DNA from: Candidatus Thorarchaeota archaeon
Lineage (GTDB): Archaea > Asgardarchaeota > Thorarchaeia > Thorarchaeales > Thorarchaeaceae
Assembly: GCA_029855935.1 (NCBI GenBank)
Contig: JAGSHN010000027.1
Span: 96,001 to 160,000, forward strand
DNA: 64,000 nt
Reading direction: 5' to 3'
Position numbers and translations under genes: made by a program. Below the pieces are notes generated by a model. The model was not told the DNA's origin, did not search any database, and saw nothing but the letters and a program-made list of their open reading frames with translations. This document shows positions 1 to 9,792 of this stretch, piece after piece. The first letter of the stretch is position 1; every line of letters starts with the position of its first letter.

Positions 1-123
1 CCGGGGCCAAGTTCTGACCCTCCGTGTCGAGGGGAAGCGCACAAGAGTCTGCTAGGATACCCAATCGCGCAAGGCGATTCAGATATATGTGAGGTAACTG
101 GCTGTTGAAGTCAGTGACCGATT

Positions 124-1188
124 ATGGACCCGCGTGTTGCCGAACATGCCAAGATAATCGTTGAGTGGAGCACGGAGATGAAGAGAGGTGACAGAGTCAT
201 CATCAGGGCCAGTCCTGACGCAACCGAACTCGTTGTTGCCCTGAGTCGGGAGATAGCCAGGGTGGGCGCTCACCCCATCACCCTGATGGACCTTGGTGAT
301 GCCTCGCGTGCATTCATCGATACAGCCGACAATGAAACGTTGAGCGAGATTCCGGAGCACCACAGAGTGCTCTATGAGAACTCGGATGTGATAGTCAGCA
401 TTCGATCTCCCCTCAATACGAGAGCGATGGCTGGCGCCAGTCCAGAGAAGCTGGTCCTGCTGAGCAAGACGATGCGACCGCTCTCGGACATCGTGCTCTC
501 GAAGCGTTGGTGTCTCACAGTGCATCCCTGTCAGGCGCTTGCGCAAGAGGCCAATATGAGCTTGGAGGAGTACAAGGACTTTGTATATGGAGCCACCCTC
601 CTCGACTGGAAGGAGGAGAGCAAGATGATGTACCGGCTGAAGGAGCGACTTGAGAAGCACAGCGATATCAGGTTCGTTGGCCCCGAGACTGACCTGTACG
701 CAAAGACGGAGGGGAGAATCTGGATTGCCTCCGATGGAAAGCACAACCTGCCCAGCGGTGAAGTCTTTACCGCTCCCGTCGAGGACACGGTAGAGGGCAA
801 GATCTACTTTGACATTCCATTCCTTCAGAGGGGTCGCGTGATACAGGGAGTGCGACTGACTTTCGAGAAGGGAGAGGTCGTCGACTTCTCTGCTGAGAAG
901 GAGGAGGCAACCCTGAAATCAATCATCGAGACCGACGAGGGGGCGAGAAGGCTGGGCGAGATGGCCATAGGGACAAACCGCGGGATAAAGAGGTACACCC
1001 TCAACATGCTCTTTGATGAGAAGATTGGTGACACCATTCACTGCGCTCTGGGCAATGCCTACAAGGAGTGCAACGGGACGAATAAGAGCGCTGTCCATGT
1101 TGACATGATCAAGTCGATGAAGGAGGGTGAGGTCATAGCTGGCGACGAGGTGATATACTCCCGAGGCAAGTTCTTCTGGGAGAGGTGA
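124..1188 (+). CDS. M29 family aminopeptidase (AmpS/AmpT-like thermophilic metalloprotease)
   Basis: Motifs NLPSGEVFTAP, LGEMAIGTN, LFDEKIGDTIHCALG and SAVHVDMI; 354 aa. Confidence 0.93.
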   Translation: MDPRVAEHAKIIVEWSTEMKRGDRVIIRASPDATELVVALSREIARVGAHPITLMDLGDASRAFIDTADNETLSEIPEHHRVLYENSDVIVSIRSPLNTRAMAGASPEKLVLLSKTMRPLSDIVLSKRWCLTVHPCQALAQEANMSLEEYKDFVYGATLLDWKEESKMMYRLKERLEKHSDIRFVGPETDLYAKTEGRIWIASDGKHNLPSGEVFTAPVEDTVEGKIYFDIPFLQRGRVIQGVRLTFEKGEVVDFSAEKEEATLKSIIETDEGARRLGEMAIGTNRGIKRYTLNMLFDEKIGDTIHCALGNAYKECNGTNKSAVHVDMIKSMKEGEVIAGDEVIYSRGKFFWER

Positions 1189-1328
1189 GATCACCAGTAT
1201 AATGCCACGGCGCCCGCCGCGTAGGGGCGGTTCACTCCCTCCTCGTGCCCCTCAGTGCCAGTCAGGGCCGGGGTAGCCCGACACAATAAGATGCATAAGT
1301 CGCGCTGCTAGAATGATGTGGGGCGAGG

Positions 1329-1853
1329 ATGTTGAACTACCCGGACTTTGCTTACATTGAGAAGAGAATCAGGAAACGAACATTCGGAGTGCTTGGTACC
1401 GTTGACGGAAGGGGCCGGCCTCACTCGACAGGACTTGTCTACGGAGTCGCGCCAAAGGACCACCCGTTTGCGCTCTACGTTCTCACCGGCGCGAAGTATA
1501 AAAAGACGAGGAACGTGAAGCGCAATCCCGCAGTGTCCTTTGTCATCCCATTTCCGCACCACTGGCTGAGGTTCATCCCGGACTATGTCGTACAGTTCCA
1601 GGGCACAGCAACAATTCTGCCAGTCGATGACGAGATCGCGGTGGAGTCGTTCAGCCACAGGATGATTCTGAGAGAGAACCTGAAGGCTGCAGAGAAGATC
1701 GCAAGAGAGCGAACGGATGACGAGGCAGTGTTCATCAAGATCACGCCTGACCGCAAGATTCACGTGTTCGGTCTCGGAATCGGACCTATGACTATGTTGA
1801 GGAACGTCGAGGCTGGGGCCTATTCAGTCGAGATACCAGAAGACAGACTCTAG
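1329..1853 (+). CDS. Pyridoxamine 5'-phosphate oxidase-like (split-barrel flavin-binding) protein
   Basis: GVLGTVDGRGRPH and KKTRNVKRNPAVS match the PNPOx-like pattern. Confidence 0.8.
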   Translation: MLNYPDFAYIEKRIRKRTFGVLGTVDGRGRPHSTGLVYGVAPKDHPFALYVLTGAKYKKTRNVKRNPAVSFVIPFPHHWLRFIPDYVVQFQGTATILPVDDEIAVESFSHRMILRENLKAAEKIARERTDDEAVFIKITPDRKIHVFGLGIGPMTMLRNVEAGAYSVEIPEDRL

Positions 1854-1988
1854 AACGTAGGTGCCCGTCACGCCTGTCGCTGCCGTGCACTGACGGCCGC
1901 GTGCCTCGCACGCGCCCATAGGAAACGCTTCGGCCAGATAGACAAATACTTTAGATGCGGGGCTAGATATAGCCCTCTAGTGGTCGAG

Positions 1989-3197
1989 ATGAAACGCAGG
2001 TGGCGTATCGCAACTGAGGAGGAGATTCTGTCCGGCAAGACGACGGACGTGTACTTTGACCGTACCGTCTCGGTGATGCAGGCCGAGGGCGTGAACCCAG
2101 AGGTCTATGCCGAGGTCACCGTTTCCTCAACGCCAGAGGAGTACGACTGGGCAATCGCTGCGGGAATCGATGACGCTCTCAGACTCTTCGAGGGCAAGAG
2201 GACCAACGTCTACGGACTGGAGGAGGGGACAGTGTTTCGGTCACGGTCGCCCCGTGGTGTGAGAACGCCAGTGCTGGCAATCGAGGGGCCATATCTGGAG
2301 TTCGCTACGCTGGAAACCCCAATGCTGGGATTCATCTGCTACACCTCCGGGATGACGACCCGTACAGCACGGATTCGCCTCGCTGCAGGCGATAGACTGC
2401 TTCTATCATTTGGAGCAAGGAGGACGCACCCCGCCATCACTCCTCAGGTCGAGTACGCGGCCTACATCGGCGGGTGTGACGGAGTCTCCTGCGTGCTGGG
2501 GGCTGAACTGCTCGACATCCCACCGTCGGGGACGATGCCGCACGCGCTCATCATTGCATTCGGCGATCACGTGAGGGCCTGGCGGGCGTACGACAGACAC
2601 CTCTCTCCGGAGATACCGAGGATTGCCTTGACAGACACGTACCTCGACGAGGTGAGGGAGGCGCTTCTGGCTGCAGCAAATCTCGATAGACTTGATGGCG
2701 TCAGACTCGACACCACAGGGAGCCGGAGGGGTGACTTCAGGAGGATCATCGAGGAGGTCAGATGGGAACTGGATGCAAGAGGCTTTCACGATGTGAAGAT
2801 CTTCGCCAGCGGCGGCCTGAACGAACAGACCCTCAAGGACCTCAAAGACGCACCTGTGGACGGCTACGGTGTCGGTGGCGCAATAAGCAATGCCCCCAGC
2901 ATAGACTTTGCGATGGACATAGTCGCCATCCGTGATGGTGAGCAGTGGAGACCTTGCGCCAAGCGGGGGAAGTTCTCGGGTCGAAAGACTGTCTGGCGGT
3001 GCGAGGCTTGCCTTGCCACAGATGTGACGCTCTGGGACGAGGAACCACCGAGATGCTCGTACTGTGGTACGAAGATGGCAAGACTGACCACCACTCTTGT
3101 CTCCAACGGCAAGATTGTGCGCAAACACAGGTCTGAAAAGCAGATTCGTGAGTATGTCATTGAACAGTTAGAGAGGTTGCGTGCACACGGTGATTGA
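1989..3197 (+). CDS. pncB: Nicotinate phosphoribosyltransferase, archaeal type with C-terminal Zn ribbon
   Basis: TTDVYF, FGARRTHP, GTMPHA, GVRLDT, ASGG, GYGVG and AKRGK motifs; CEAC...CSYC. Start is ATG 1989 or GTG 1980. Confidence 0.92.
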   Translation: MKRRWRIATEEEILSGKTTDVYFDRTVSVMQAEGVNPEVYAEVTVSSTPEEYDWAIAAGIDDALRLFEGKRTNVYGLEEGTVFRSRSPRGVRTPVLAIEGPYLEFATLETPMLGFICYTSGMTTRTARIRLAAGDRLLLSFGARRTHPAITPQVEYAAYIGGCDGVSCVLGAELLDIPPSGTMPHALIIAFGDHVRAWRAYDRHLSPEIPRIALTDTYLDEVREALLAAANLDRLDGVRLDTTGSRRGDFRRIIEEVRWELDARGFHDVKIFASGGLNEQTLKDLKDAPVDGYGVGGAISNAPSIDFAMDIVAIRDGEQWRPCAKRGKFSGRKTVWRCEACLATDVTLWDEEPPRCSYCGTKMARLTTTLVSNGKIVRKHRSEKQIREYVIEQLERLRAHGD

Positions 3198-3756
3198 TGT
3201 CGACCCCGAGAGGACTGCGTTGATCATAGTCGACATGCTGAACGACTTTGTCGACAGCAGGGGCACACTTGTCGTGCCTGCTGCAGAGGGACTCATCCCT
3301 GTCCAGAGAAAACTACTCGATGCCGCACGAGAGAGCGGCATGGTCGTCCTCTACCTAGCCGACCATCATCGGCCTGACGACCCCGAGTTCAAGATGTGGC
3401 CGCCACATGCTGTGGAGGGGACCTGGGGTGCTCAGGTCGTTCCAGAGCTCGCCCCGCGCGACAATGGGCGGGTGATTCCCAAGCGTCGCTATTCTGGCTT
3501 CTTCGGCACCGACTTGGACCTGACGCTGAGGGAGGCCGGAGCCACTACGATCGTCCTTGTGGGCGTCCTCACTGACATCTGCGTGATGTACACTTCAGCT
3601 GACGCCTCAGCACGGGCGTATCGCGTAATCGTTGTCCGTGACGCGACTGCGAGCACATCAGAGGAGGCACATCAGTTTGCACTGAAGCACGTGGAGAGCG
3701 TTCACGGAGCAACGGTTGTGAGTTCTGATGAACTCCTCACGGCTCTCTCTACCTGA
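3190..3756 (+). CDS. pncA: Isochorismatase-family cysteine hydrolase, probable nicotinamidase
   Basis: ALIIVDMLNDF, DHH, WPPHAV, KRRYSGF and TDICV; overlaps the pncB stop, suggesting an operon. Confidence 0.8.
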   Translation: MIDVDPERTALIIVDMLNDFVDSRGTLVVPAAEGLIPVQRKLLDAARESGMVVLYLADHHRPDDPEFKMWPPHAVEGTWGAQVVPELAPRDNGRVIPKRRYSGFFGTDLDLTLREAGATTIVLVGVLTDICVMYTSADASARAYRVIVVRDATASTSEEAHQFALKHVESVHGATVVSSDELLTALST

Positions 3757-3871
3757 GAAGACCGGGGGAGAGCGGTGACCTGACAACGCCAACAGCAGGT
3801 CACCGAGGCCAAATCATTCAAGTGGTGCCCTGTGCAGAACGCACTCCATCCCATAGTGCGAGGTGTTCGCG

Positions 3872-4903
3872 ATGGTGACTCCCTACAGAGTGTTATTGGT
3901 CGGAATGGGAACCATTGGAAGGAAAATTGCAGAGGCGATTATCGCACGGGACAATCTTGAGCTGATCGCAGTTGTCGACACCAATCCGGATCTTGCGGGG
4001 AAGAGAGTTGACGATGTGTTGGACCATGTTCAGACTAGTGATGCGAAGGTCTACCCAAGCATCGGAAAGGCGCTCAGACCCAAGAGGAACAGTGATGTTG
4101 ATGTTGCAATCGTCGCTACCTCTTCTGCCCTCCAAGATGTTGTTCCACTCATTGAGAGATGTCTGGAGGCCGGTGCCAACGTGATATCAATCTGCGAGGA
4201 GCTATCGTTCCCCTACGCCAAGCACGCTGATCTTGCCAAGAGGCTCGACCGCGCGGCGAAACAGGCGAAGAGGACTGTCGTCGGCACGGGCATCAACCCG
4301 GGCTATCTTATGGACACGCTCCCCATCCTTCTCTCGGCCCCCGTACGTGACCTTGAGACAATCGAGGTGACAAGGGTCATCGACTCGTCAAAGCGGAGGA
4401 CATCCTTCCAGAAGAAGATTGGAACGACAATGACAGTGAAGAGGTTCAAGGAGGCGATCTCCACGGGGGAGATCACGGGACACGTGGGTCTCTTCGAGTC
4501 GATAAGCATGATAGACAGTGCTCTCAACCTTGGACTCACAGCCATCGAAGAGCTGACGCCAGAGCCTGTCGTGGCATCGACACGCATCGAGACCGCCGTC
4601 GGGACAGTCCAGAGTGGAGAGGTGATTGGTCTCCGTAGTGTCGGTGTCGGGCGCAGAGGCGAGGATGTGGTGGTGACTCTCAACTTCCTGGCCTACGCAG
4701 GGGCCAGCCCTGAGTATGACGAGATACGCATTCGGGGTATCCCGGAGATCACCCAGAGAATTGAGGGAGGTGTCCACGGCGACATCGGTACGGTGGCGAT
4801 GGCAATCAACATGATTCCCATTGTCGTCGATGCTCGACCGGGACTGAAGACAATGAAGGATCTGCCCTGCCCCCACAACACCGAGAGAGTCATGAAACGG
4901 TGA
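3872..4903 (+). CDS. NAD(P)-dependent amine dehydrogenase, 2,4-diaminopentanoate dehydrogenase (Ord)/DapB-like
   Basis: Rossmann GMGTIG; GANVISICEELSFP, GTGINPGYLMD, GHVGLFES and GGVHGDIGT; SD GAGGTG before ATG 3872. Confidence 0.8.
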   Translation: MVTPYRVLLVGMGTIGRKIAEAIIARDNLELIAVVDTNPDLAGKRVDDVLDHVQTSDAKVYPSIGKALRPKRNSDVDVAIVATSSALQDVVPLIERCLEAGANVISICEELSFPYAKHADLAKRLDRAAKQAKRTVVGTGINPGYLMDTLPILLSAPVRDLETIEVTRVIDSSKRRTSFQKKIGTTMTVKRFKEAISTGEITGHVGLFESISMIDSALNLGLTAIEELTPEPVVASTRIETAVGTVQSGEVIGLRSVGVGRRGEDVVVTLNFLAYAGASPEYDEIRIRGIPEITQRIEGGVHGDIGTVAMAINMIPIVVDARPGLKTMKDLPCPHNTERVMKR

Positions 4904-4909
4904 CCTGAG

Positions 4910-6217
4910 ATGCTGAATCAGTACATCTCAAAGACCCGGAGGTCTCGAGATCTCTTTGAGAGAGCCGAGAGGGTCCTCTGCGGAGGGGTGAATCACAACA
5001 TCCGAACCTTCGGCCTGACCACTCACGGAGCGTACCCGCCATTCATGGCACGGGGAGAGGGATCTCACATCTGGGATGTTGATGGCAACGAGTACATCGA
5101 CTGGTGGATGACGCACTTCGCCAAGATACTAGGTCACGCCCATCCCTCTGTGATAGCTGCAATCAGGGAGCAGCTCGAGAACGGAGTCCATCTCGGTGCG
5201 CTGAATGAGGCGCAGGTGGAACTGGCCGAGCTGTTGCGGCGAGCGATACCACTGCTGGAGAAGATGCGATTCTGTACAACGGGCGCGGAGGCCACAATGT
5301 ATGCCACGCGACTGGCACGGCTGTACACAGGTCGCCATCTTGTTGCCAAGGCCAGAGGAGGGTGGCACGGTGGCAACGACTCGCTAGTCTACCATCTGAA
5401 GTATCCCTTCACGGACGAACCCATATTCGCGGGCCTCTCATTCGACTTCAACGACAGTGACAGTGTGACCGAGCTCTTCAGAGAGCACGGGGAGGAACTT
5501 GCTGCGGTCATTGTGGAGCCCGTCCTCGGTGCTGGTGGAGGGCTGCCACCGGAGAGAGACTTCCTAAGGCATCTGAGAGAACAGTGCGACGCTCACGGCT
5601 CTGTTCTGATATTTGATGAGATCATCACCGGCTTCAGACTGTGCTACGGCTCGGCCGGTGTCGAGCTCTTTGGCGTGAGGCCAGACCTTATGACCCTCGG
5701 AAAGATTGTCGGCGGTGGGATGCCCATTGGGATCTATGGTGGTAGAGAGGAGATAATGCGACTGGCGGAGCCCGGTGCCAAGGGCGGTAGGTGGGTTGGA
5801 GGCGGAACATTCTCCAGTCATCCGCTGTCAATGGCGGCTGGCGTTGCTGTGATTCGTGAACTTGAGAGACTGAAGAACGACTACAGGAGACTGAACACAA
5901 CTGGCGACACGTTCAGACGGAACATCAACACCTACTTCTCCGACGAGGGCATCAAGGCCTTGTCAACAGGCACGGGATCAATTGCTTTCGTAAACTGGCT
6001 GAGGCACGACATCGAGCCGCCGCTGACCGCGACCAAGCTCGGCGAGGCGGCGGACCACAAGAGACTCGACCTCTTCCAGTCTCTGTTGTTCGAGCAAGGC
6101 GTCTTCGGCTTTCACGGCCTCGGAGCAATCTCCTTCGCTCACACCAAGGAGGACATCAGTCGGACACTGGATGTTGCGAGAGAGGTAGCACCGATCGTTC
6201 AGGCCTATGATCAGTAG
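4910..6217 (+). CDS. Class III PLP aminotransferase, glutamate-1-semialdehyde aminomutase (HemL)-like
   Basis: WDVDGNEYID, LIFDEIITGFR, GKIVGGGMPIG (PLP Lys) and GGTFSSHP; 6 nt after the dehydrogenase stop. Confidence 0.85.
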   Translation: MLNQYISKTRRSRDLFERAERVLCGGVNHNIRTFGLTTHGAYPPFMARGEGSHIWDVDGNEYIDWWMTHFAKILGHAHPSVIAAIREQLENGVHLGALNEAQVELAELLRRAIPLLEKMRFCTTGAEATMYATRLARLYTGRHLVAKARGGWHGGNDSLVYHLKYPFTDEPIFAGLSFDFNDSDSVTELFREHGEELAAVIVEPVLGAGGGLPPERDFLRHLREQCDAHGSVLIFDEIITGFRLCYGSAGVELFGVRPDLMTLGKIVGGGMPIGIYGGREEIMRLAEPGAKGGRWVGGGTFSSHPLSMAAGVAVIRELERLKNDYRRLNTTGDTFRRNINTYFSDEGIKALSTGTGSIAFVNWLRHDIEPPLTATKLGEAADHKRLDLFQSLLFEQGVFGFHGLGAISFAHTKEDISRTLDVAREVAPIVQAYDQ

Positions 6218-6398
6218 ACGGGACGCAGACTCGTTGGCATCGGTTGTTGCAGGTCGCCGACTGCAGACGGCGGCTAGGCCGGTCTATGAGGCCGTCGAGT
6301 CTGCAGGTGAGCGGTCATCGGCCGAGGAATGGTCCGATATCCTTATTGGAGTCATCCAGACAGTGTGCGTCGGACACGCTTCGGGTTGTGAACGAACG

Positions 6399-6848
6399 AT
6401 GAGCGCCGAGGGAGAAGACACCCGTACGAGAGATCTGCTCAGGACCCTGATACTTGATGGCGACATCAGTGCCATCGAGATTCTCAGCAAGAGAACCGGC
6501 AGGGCCGAGGAGGAGGTTGTGGCCATTCTTGAGGACATGGTAGCAACTGGAGAGATTGATGGCTATCTCACGCCCGATAGACGACGCTTCTTCAGACGAG
6601 ATGTCACGCCTCCTGAAGGCACTGTTGGGAAGGACGAGTACGTACCCGAGTTTCTCGCCTACGAAACCAGGCTCTGGCGCGCAGTAGCACTCGTGGGCCT
6701 TGTGATAGTGATCGCCGGAGCATCAGCAGTCTGGGTGTTCAGTGAGGATGTCCAGGCTCAGAACGTGTCCACACTGCTGCTCACTACAGGTCTTGTCATA
6801 ATGATTGTGGGATGCTACCAGATTGGGAGGCGTCCCGCTCCACCCTGA
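6399..6848 (+). CDS. Winged-helix (PCI/DDRGK-like) protein with two C-terminal TM helices
   Basis: ILEDMVATGEIDGYLTPDRRRFF resembles a PCI/DDRGK wing; two hydrophobic segments follow. ATG 6399 preferred over the track start. Confidence 0.55.
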   Translation: MSAEGEDTRTRDLLRTLILDGDISAIEILSKRTGRAEEEVVAILEDMVATGEIDGYLTPDRRRFFRRDVTPPEGTVGKDEYVPEFLAYETRLWRAVALVGLVIVIAGASAVWVFSEDVQAQNVSTLLLTTGLVIMIVGCYQIGRRPAPP

Positions 6849-6920
6849 GTCGGTGGCCAAGACAACACTCCTTTTAAGTCACAGAAAGTGCGTCCGAGTC
6901 CGCCTTCGAAGGTGTGAGTA

Positions 6921-7907
6921 GTGATTCAGGCCATCGACCCAATGACGACTACAGTGATAGCACTCGCGGTGTTCGCCGTCCTCGTCGGAACACTGTGTTC
7001 GATGCTCGGAATTGGCGGCGGAACTGTCAACACTCCCCTGCTGATCATCGTGTTCATGCTCGGGCCGCGTGAGGCCTCCGCGACCACACTGATGGCCGCA
7101 ATCTTCATCTCCACATCCAGCAGCATCTCGTATTTCCGTCAGAACCCGCGGCCCGCGGTCTATCGAGCAGGGCTGTTTCTGGCGATGACAACAATCCCAG
7201 GGTCCTTGACTGGCGTGTGGCTGAAAGGCGTCATCACCGATGACCTACTCTTGAGATACCTCTTCGCTCTCCTCCTCTTCCCCATTGCTGTGAAGATGTT
7301 GTTCGCTCGGCGACGCAGCAGGACCGATATGGCCTCCGAGATCGGATCCTTCGACTTCAACTCTATCGGCCAGTCGCGGCTCATCGCAGCGCTGGCTGCG
7401 GCATACGGCGGCGGCGTAATGGCGGGTCTGCTTGGACTCGGTGGCGGTGTCATAGTGGTTCCTGTGCTGAGTATGATTCTCGGTCTTCCAATGCATGCAG
7501 CCGTGGCCACATCAATGTTCACCATGATGTTTACCACATCATCAGGCACGATTCTCAATCTTCAGTACGGACTCGTCAATCCGACGTTCGGCGCAGCACT
7601 CGGTACGGGAATGGTCATCGGCGGCCAGATAGGCTCAAGGCTCGCCTGTCGCGTCGATGCGGTCAGGCTGAAACAGGCGTTCGGTCTGTTGCTCGTTCTA
7701 CCTCTGATCAAGATGGCCAAGCTGGGTCAGATGTGGCTCGATCCGCAGAACGTCAATCCGGCAATGGCCCTTGTCGGAGACATCATCATCTGGTTCCTTG
7801 TGATGGTTCCGGTTGCCGCCATCAGATTTGTCCTCATTCGACGAGAGAACGGAGGAGAAATAGTTCCTGACGGAGAGAGATGCGACGAGGGAGGATTCGC
7901 ATCGTAG
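6921..7907 (+). CDS. Sulfite exporter TauE/SafE family membrane protein
   Basis: Duplicated GIGGG and GLGGG..VP motifs, AVATS, about 9-10 TM. Confidence 0.88.
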   Translation: MIQAIDPMTTTVIALAVFAVLVGTLCSMLGIGGGTVNTPLLIIVFMLGPREASATTLMAAIFISTSSSISYFRQNPRPAVYRAGLFLAMTTIPGSLTGVWLKGVITDDLLLRYLFALLLFPIAVKMLFARRRSRTDMASEIGSFDFNSIGQSRLIAALAAAYGGGVMAGLLGLGGGVIVVPVLSMILGLPMHAAVATSMFTMMFTTSSGTILNLQYGLVNPTFGAALGTGMVIGGQIGSRLACRVDAVRLKQAFGLLLVLPLIKMAKLGQMWLDPQNVNPAMALVGDIIIWFLVMVPVAAIRFVLIRRENGGEIVPDGERCDEGGFAS

Positions 7908-7941
7908 CATCGATGTCTGCCAATGGCCAGTAGAGACCTAT

Positions 7942-7973
7942 GAGAGAAGAAAGTGCGGGCCCATCGGGCCCGC
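7942..7973 (-). terminator. Hairpin plus pyrimidine tract after the caspase gene
   Basis: GCGGGCCC-ATC-GGGCCCGC (7955-7973), then CTTTCTTCTCTC on the minus strand, between convergent genes. Confidence 0.55.
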
Positions 7974-8007
7974 TGTTGGGGGATTACAACTCTACCTGAC
8001 CGCGAGG

Positions 8008-9510
8008 TCAAAGCGTGAATCCGACGGATGTGTTTCCATCGAACTCCTGCGGCGTGTCACCACCACCGTGTGGATAGGCGGACACGGCGTAGTCGAAACA
8101 ATCCTCCATCAGAGTGTTCGGATTGCTACCGAAGTGGTCGATCAGGCCGTACTCCAAGAAGTAGTACGTCCACGCACCGTTGTGGTGCTGTGAATCGTCG
8201 TAGCCGTATCCGTTGTCAGTACAGGTCGTGGTCATGTAGACCTTGTCGGCATTGGATAGCGCCTGGATCTCAGGAATCAGGCCTCCGCTGTAACAATGGT
8301 CCACAAAGATGAAGATCTTGTCTGCGGACCACGTGCCGACTATTGCGGCCAGCTCCGTGTCATAGAGGTTGCCATCCTCTCCGTTCTCGCCACTGTTGCA
8401 GTCCCACATACAGAGGTATGAGGAACCCTGCCCGTCTCCAGACCCGTGCCCTGACGTGATGAAGGCAACCTCATCGTCGGCATCAGCGCCGGCGAGCCAG
8501 TTGAGGGCCTGCTTGACGTTGTGCTCCGTGGCGAGAGCGTAGTAGCTCGGGTAGTTTGAGGAGTGGGTGTCACCTAGGACTCGGACATAGTCGTAGTCCA
8601 TCACGTTGACTATGTAGTTGTACCAGTCCGTCGCGTCCTCATCGCAGTAGCTCAGGTCGCTGATGGCCTTGTAGTCGCTGATTCCGACTATGACCGCCCA
8701 CTTGTGAACGACGCCATCACCGCCACCACCGCCACCACCACCAGAGCTATAGGTGAGCGTGACGGTCAGGTCATATGATCCAGAGCCACTGTAGGAGCGG
8801 ACCATTATGTACCACGTACCAGCTCCGGGATTGTTATAGGTGACATCCTCGCCACCCGAGGTGTAACCCCGCCAGTCGTAGGTGCTGGTGGTGGGCTCAG
8901 CACCGAGTCGTCCGTACAGGTCGAAGTCGGCACTACCGCACGTGAGTACAGAGTGCATGCTCTCACAGTTCTCATCGACCTGGATGGTCCACATCTCACT
9001 GTCTCCAGTACCGGAGAGGGAACTGGTGACCGTCTCACCGCTGGTGAGCTCGTTCGTCCCACCGCCGCCACCGCCAGAGCCAAGTTCGTACTCGATCTGG
9101 TCAATGGCGAAACCCCAACGGGTCACGGAGTAGTCGGTCTTGAGACGGACCTTGATTGTGTCGCCATTGCTCCATGAGGTCCAACCCCCGTTGGAGTACA
9201 GCCCAGTGAGCTTGTGGAGTTGGTTCCCAGCATAGTCGTACACATACACGTAGTCGTAGTTGTTCTCTACGTCTATCTTGGTGAAGTGCACACGTATCTG
9301 GGTCGCGCCATCCTTGGTGATTGTCCACGTGTGGTCAAAGTTGTTGGAATAGGGATGATCCGATTCCAAAGCATATGACTCCACGGTCCGGGTGAGCGTC
9401 ACCGTCCTTGTTGAGTCCGGGGCAACATATGCCGCAGCTGCAGTCGCAATGGACGATGTCGCAAAAATCACCAGGAGGAAGGCAGACAGAAAGACTAGTT
9501 TCCTCTTCAT
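8008..9510 (-). CDS. Secreted caspase-family (C14-like) cysteine protease: signal peptide-CUB-PPC-caspase
   Basis: Signal peptide MKRKLVFLSAFLLVIF; Cys-free CUB (HPYSNN..WTI..IRVHF..DVE..YDYVYVYD..TDYSVTRWGF); PPC (DFDLY..PGAGTWYIMV..Y); Gly linkers; KWAVIVGISDY, SGHG and DHCYSGG His-Cys dyad. Confidence 0.85.
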   Translation of the reverse strand: MKRKLVFLSAFLLVIFATSSIATAAAAYVAPDSTRTVTLTRTVESYALESDHPYSNNFDHTWTITKDGATQIRVHFTKIDVENNYDYVYVYDYAGNQLHKLTGLYSNGGWTSWSNGDTIKVRLKTDYSVTRWGFAIDQIEYELGSGGGGGGTNELTSGETVTSSLSGTGDSEMWTIQVDENCESMHSVLTCGSADFDLYGRLGAEPTTSTYDWRGYTSGGEDVTYNNPGAGTWYIMVRSYSGSGSYDLTVTLTYSSGGGGGGGGDGVVHKWAVIVGISDYKAISDLSYCDEDATDWYNYIVNVMDYDYVRVLGDTHSSNYPSYYALATEHNVKQALNWLAGADADDEVAFITSGHGSGDGQGSSYLCMWDCNSGENGEDGNLYDTELAAIVGTWSADKIFIFVDHCYSGGLIPEIQALSNADKVYMTTTCTDNGYGYDDSQHHNGAWTYYFLEYGLIDHFGSNPNTLMEDCFDYAVSAYPHGGGDTPQEFDGNTSVGFTL

Positions 9511-9792
9511 GGAGATACCACCACGCGTTCTGGCATTTCTGCCAGGACGATGGAGTGAAACAAATGCAATGGGTCATAAATAAGTGGTGTACTTTTGTTC
9601 CAGAATTCTTTCGGTCATATGCGCTCGTCTTAGAACAAACCTGCGGTCATGGTGCACAGGCGGGTACACAAGTGTACGTGGTGTCTGGGCCGCCCAAAAG
9701 GCGAGCGGTCGAGTCGCGAGATCACTCTCTACGGCCGAATATGTCAGGGTGGGAAGGGGCCGTCGTGGCCCTCGTTCAGAAGTCCACACCCA

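Noticed and set aside
1851-1989. Readthrough of the TAG at 1851-1853 would fuse the PNPOx-like gene in frame to pncB
   Set aside because: The linker is not protein-like and contains promoter-like AT sequence; both proteins are complete alone. This is a chance frame match.
8716-8745. (CCA/CCG)n microsatellite
   Set aside because: It encodes the poly-Gly linker of the caspase, and in-frame triplets give no phase variation.
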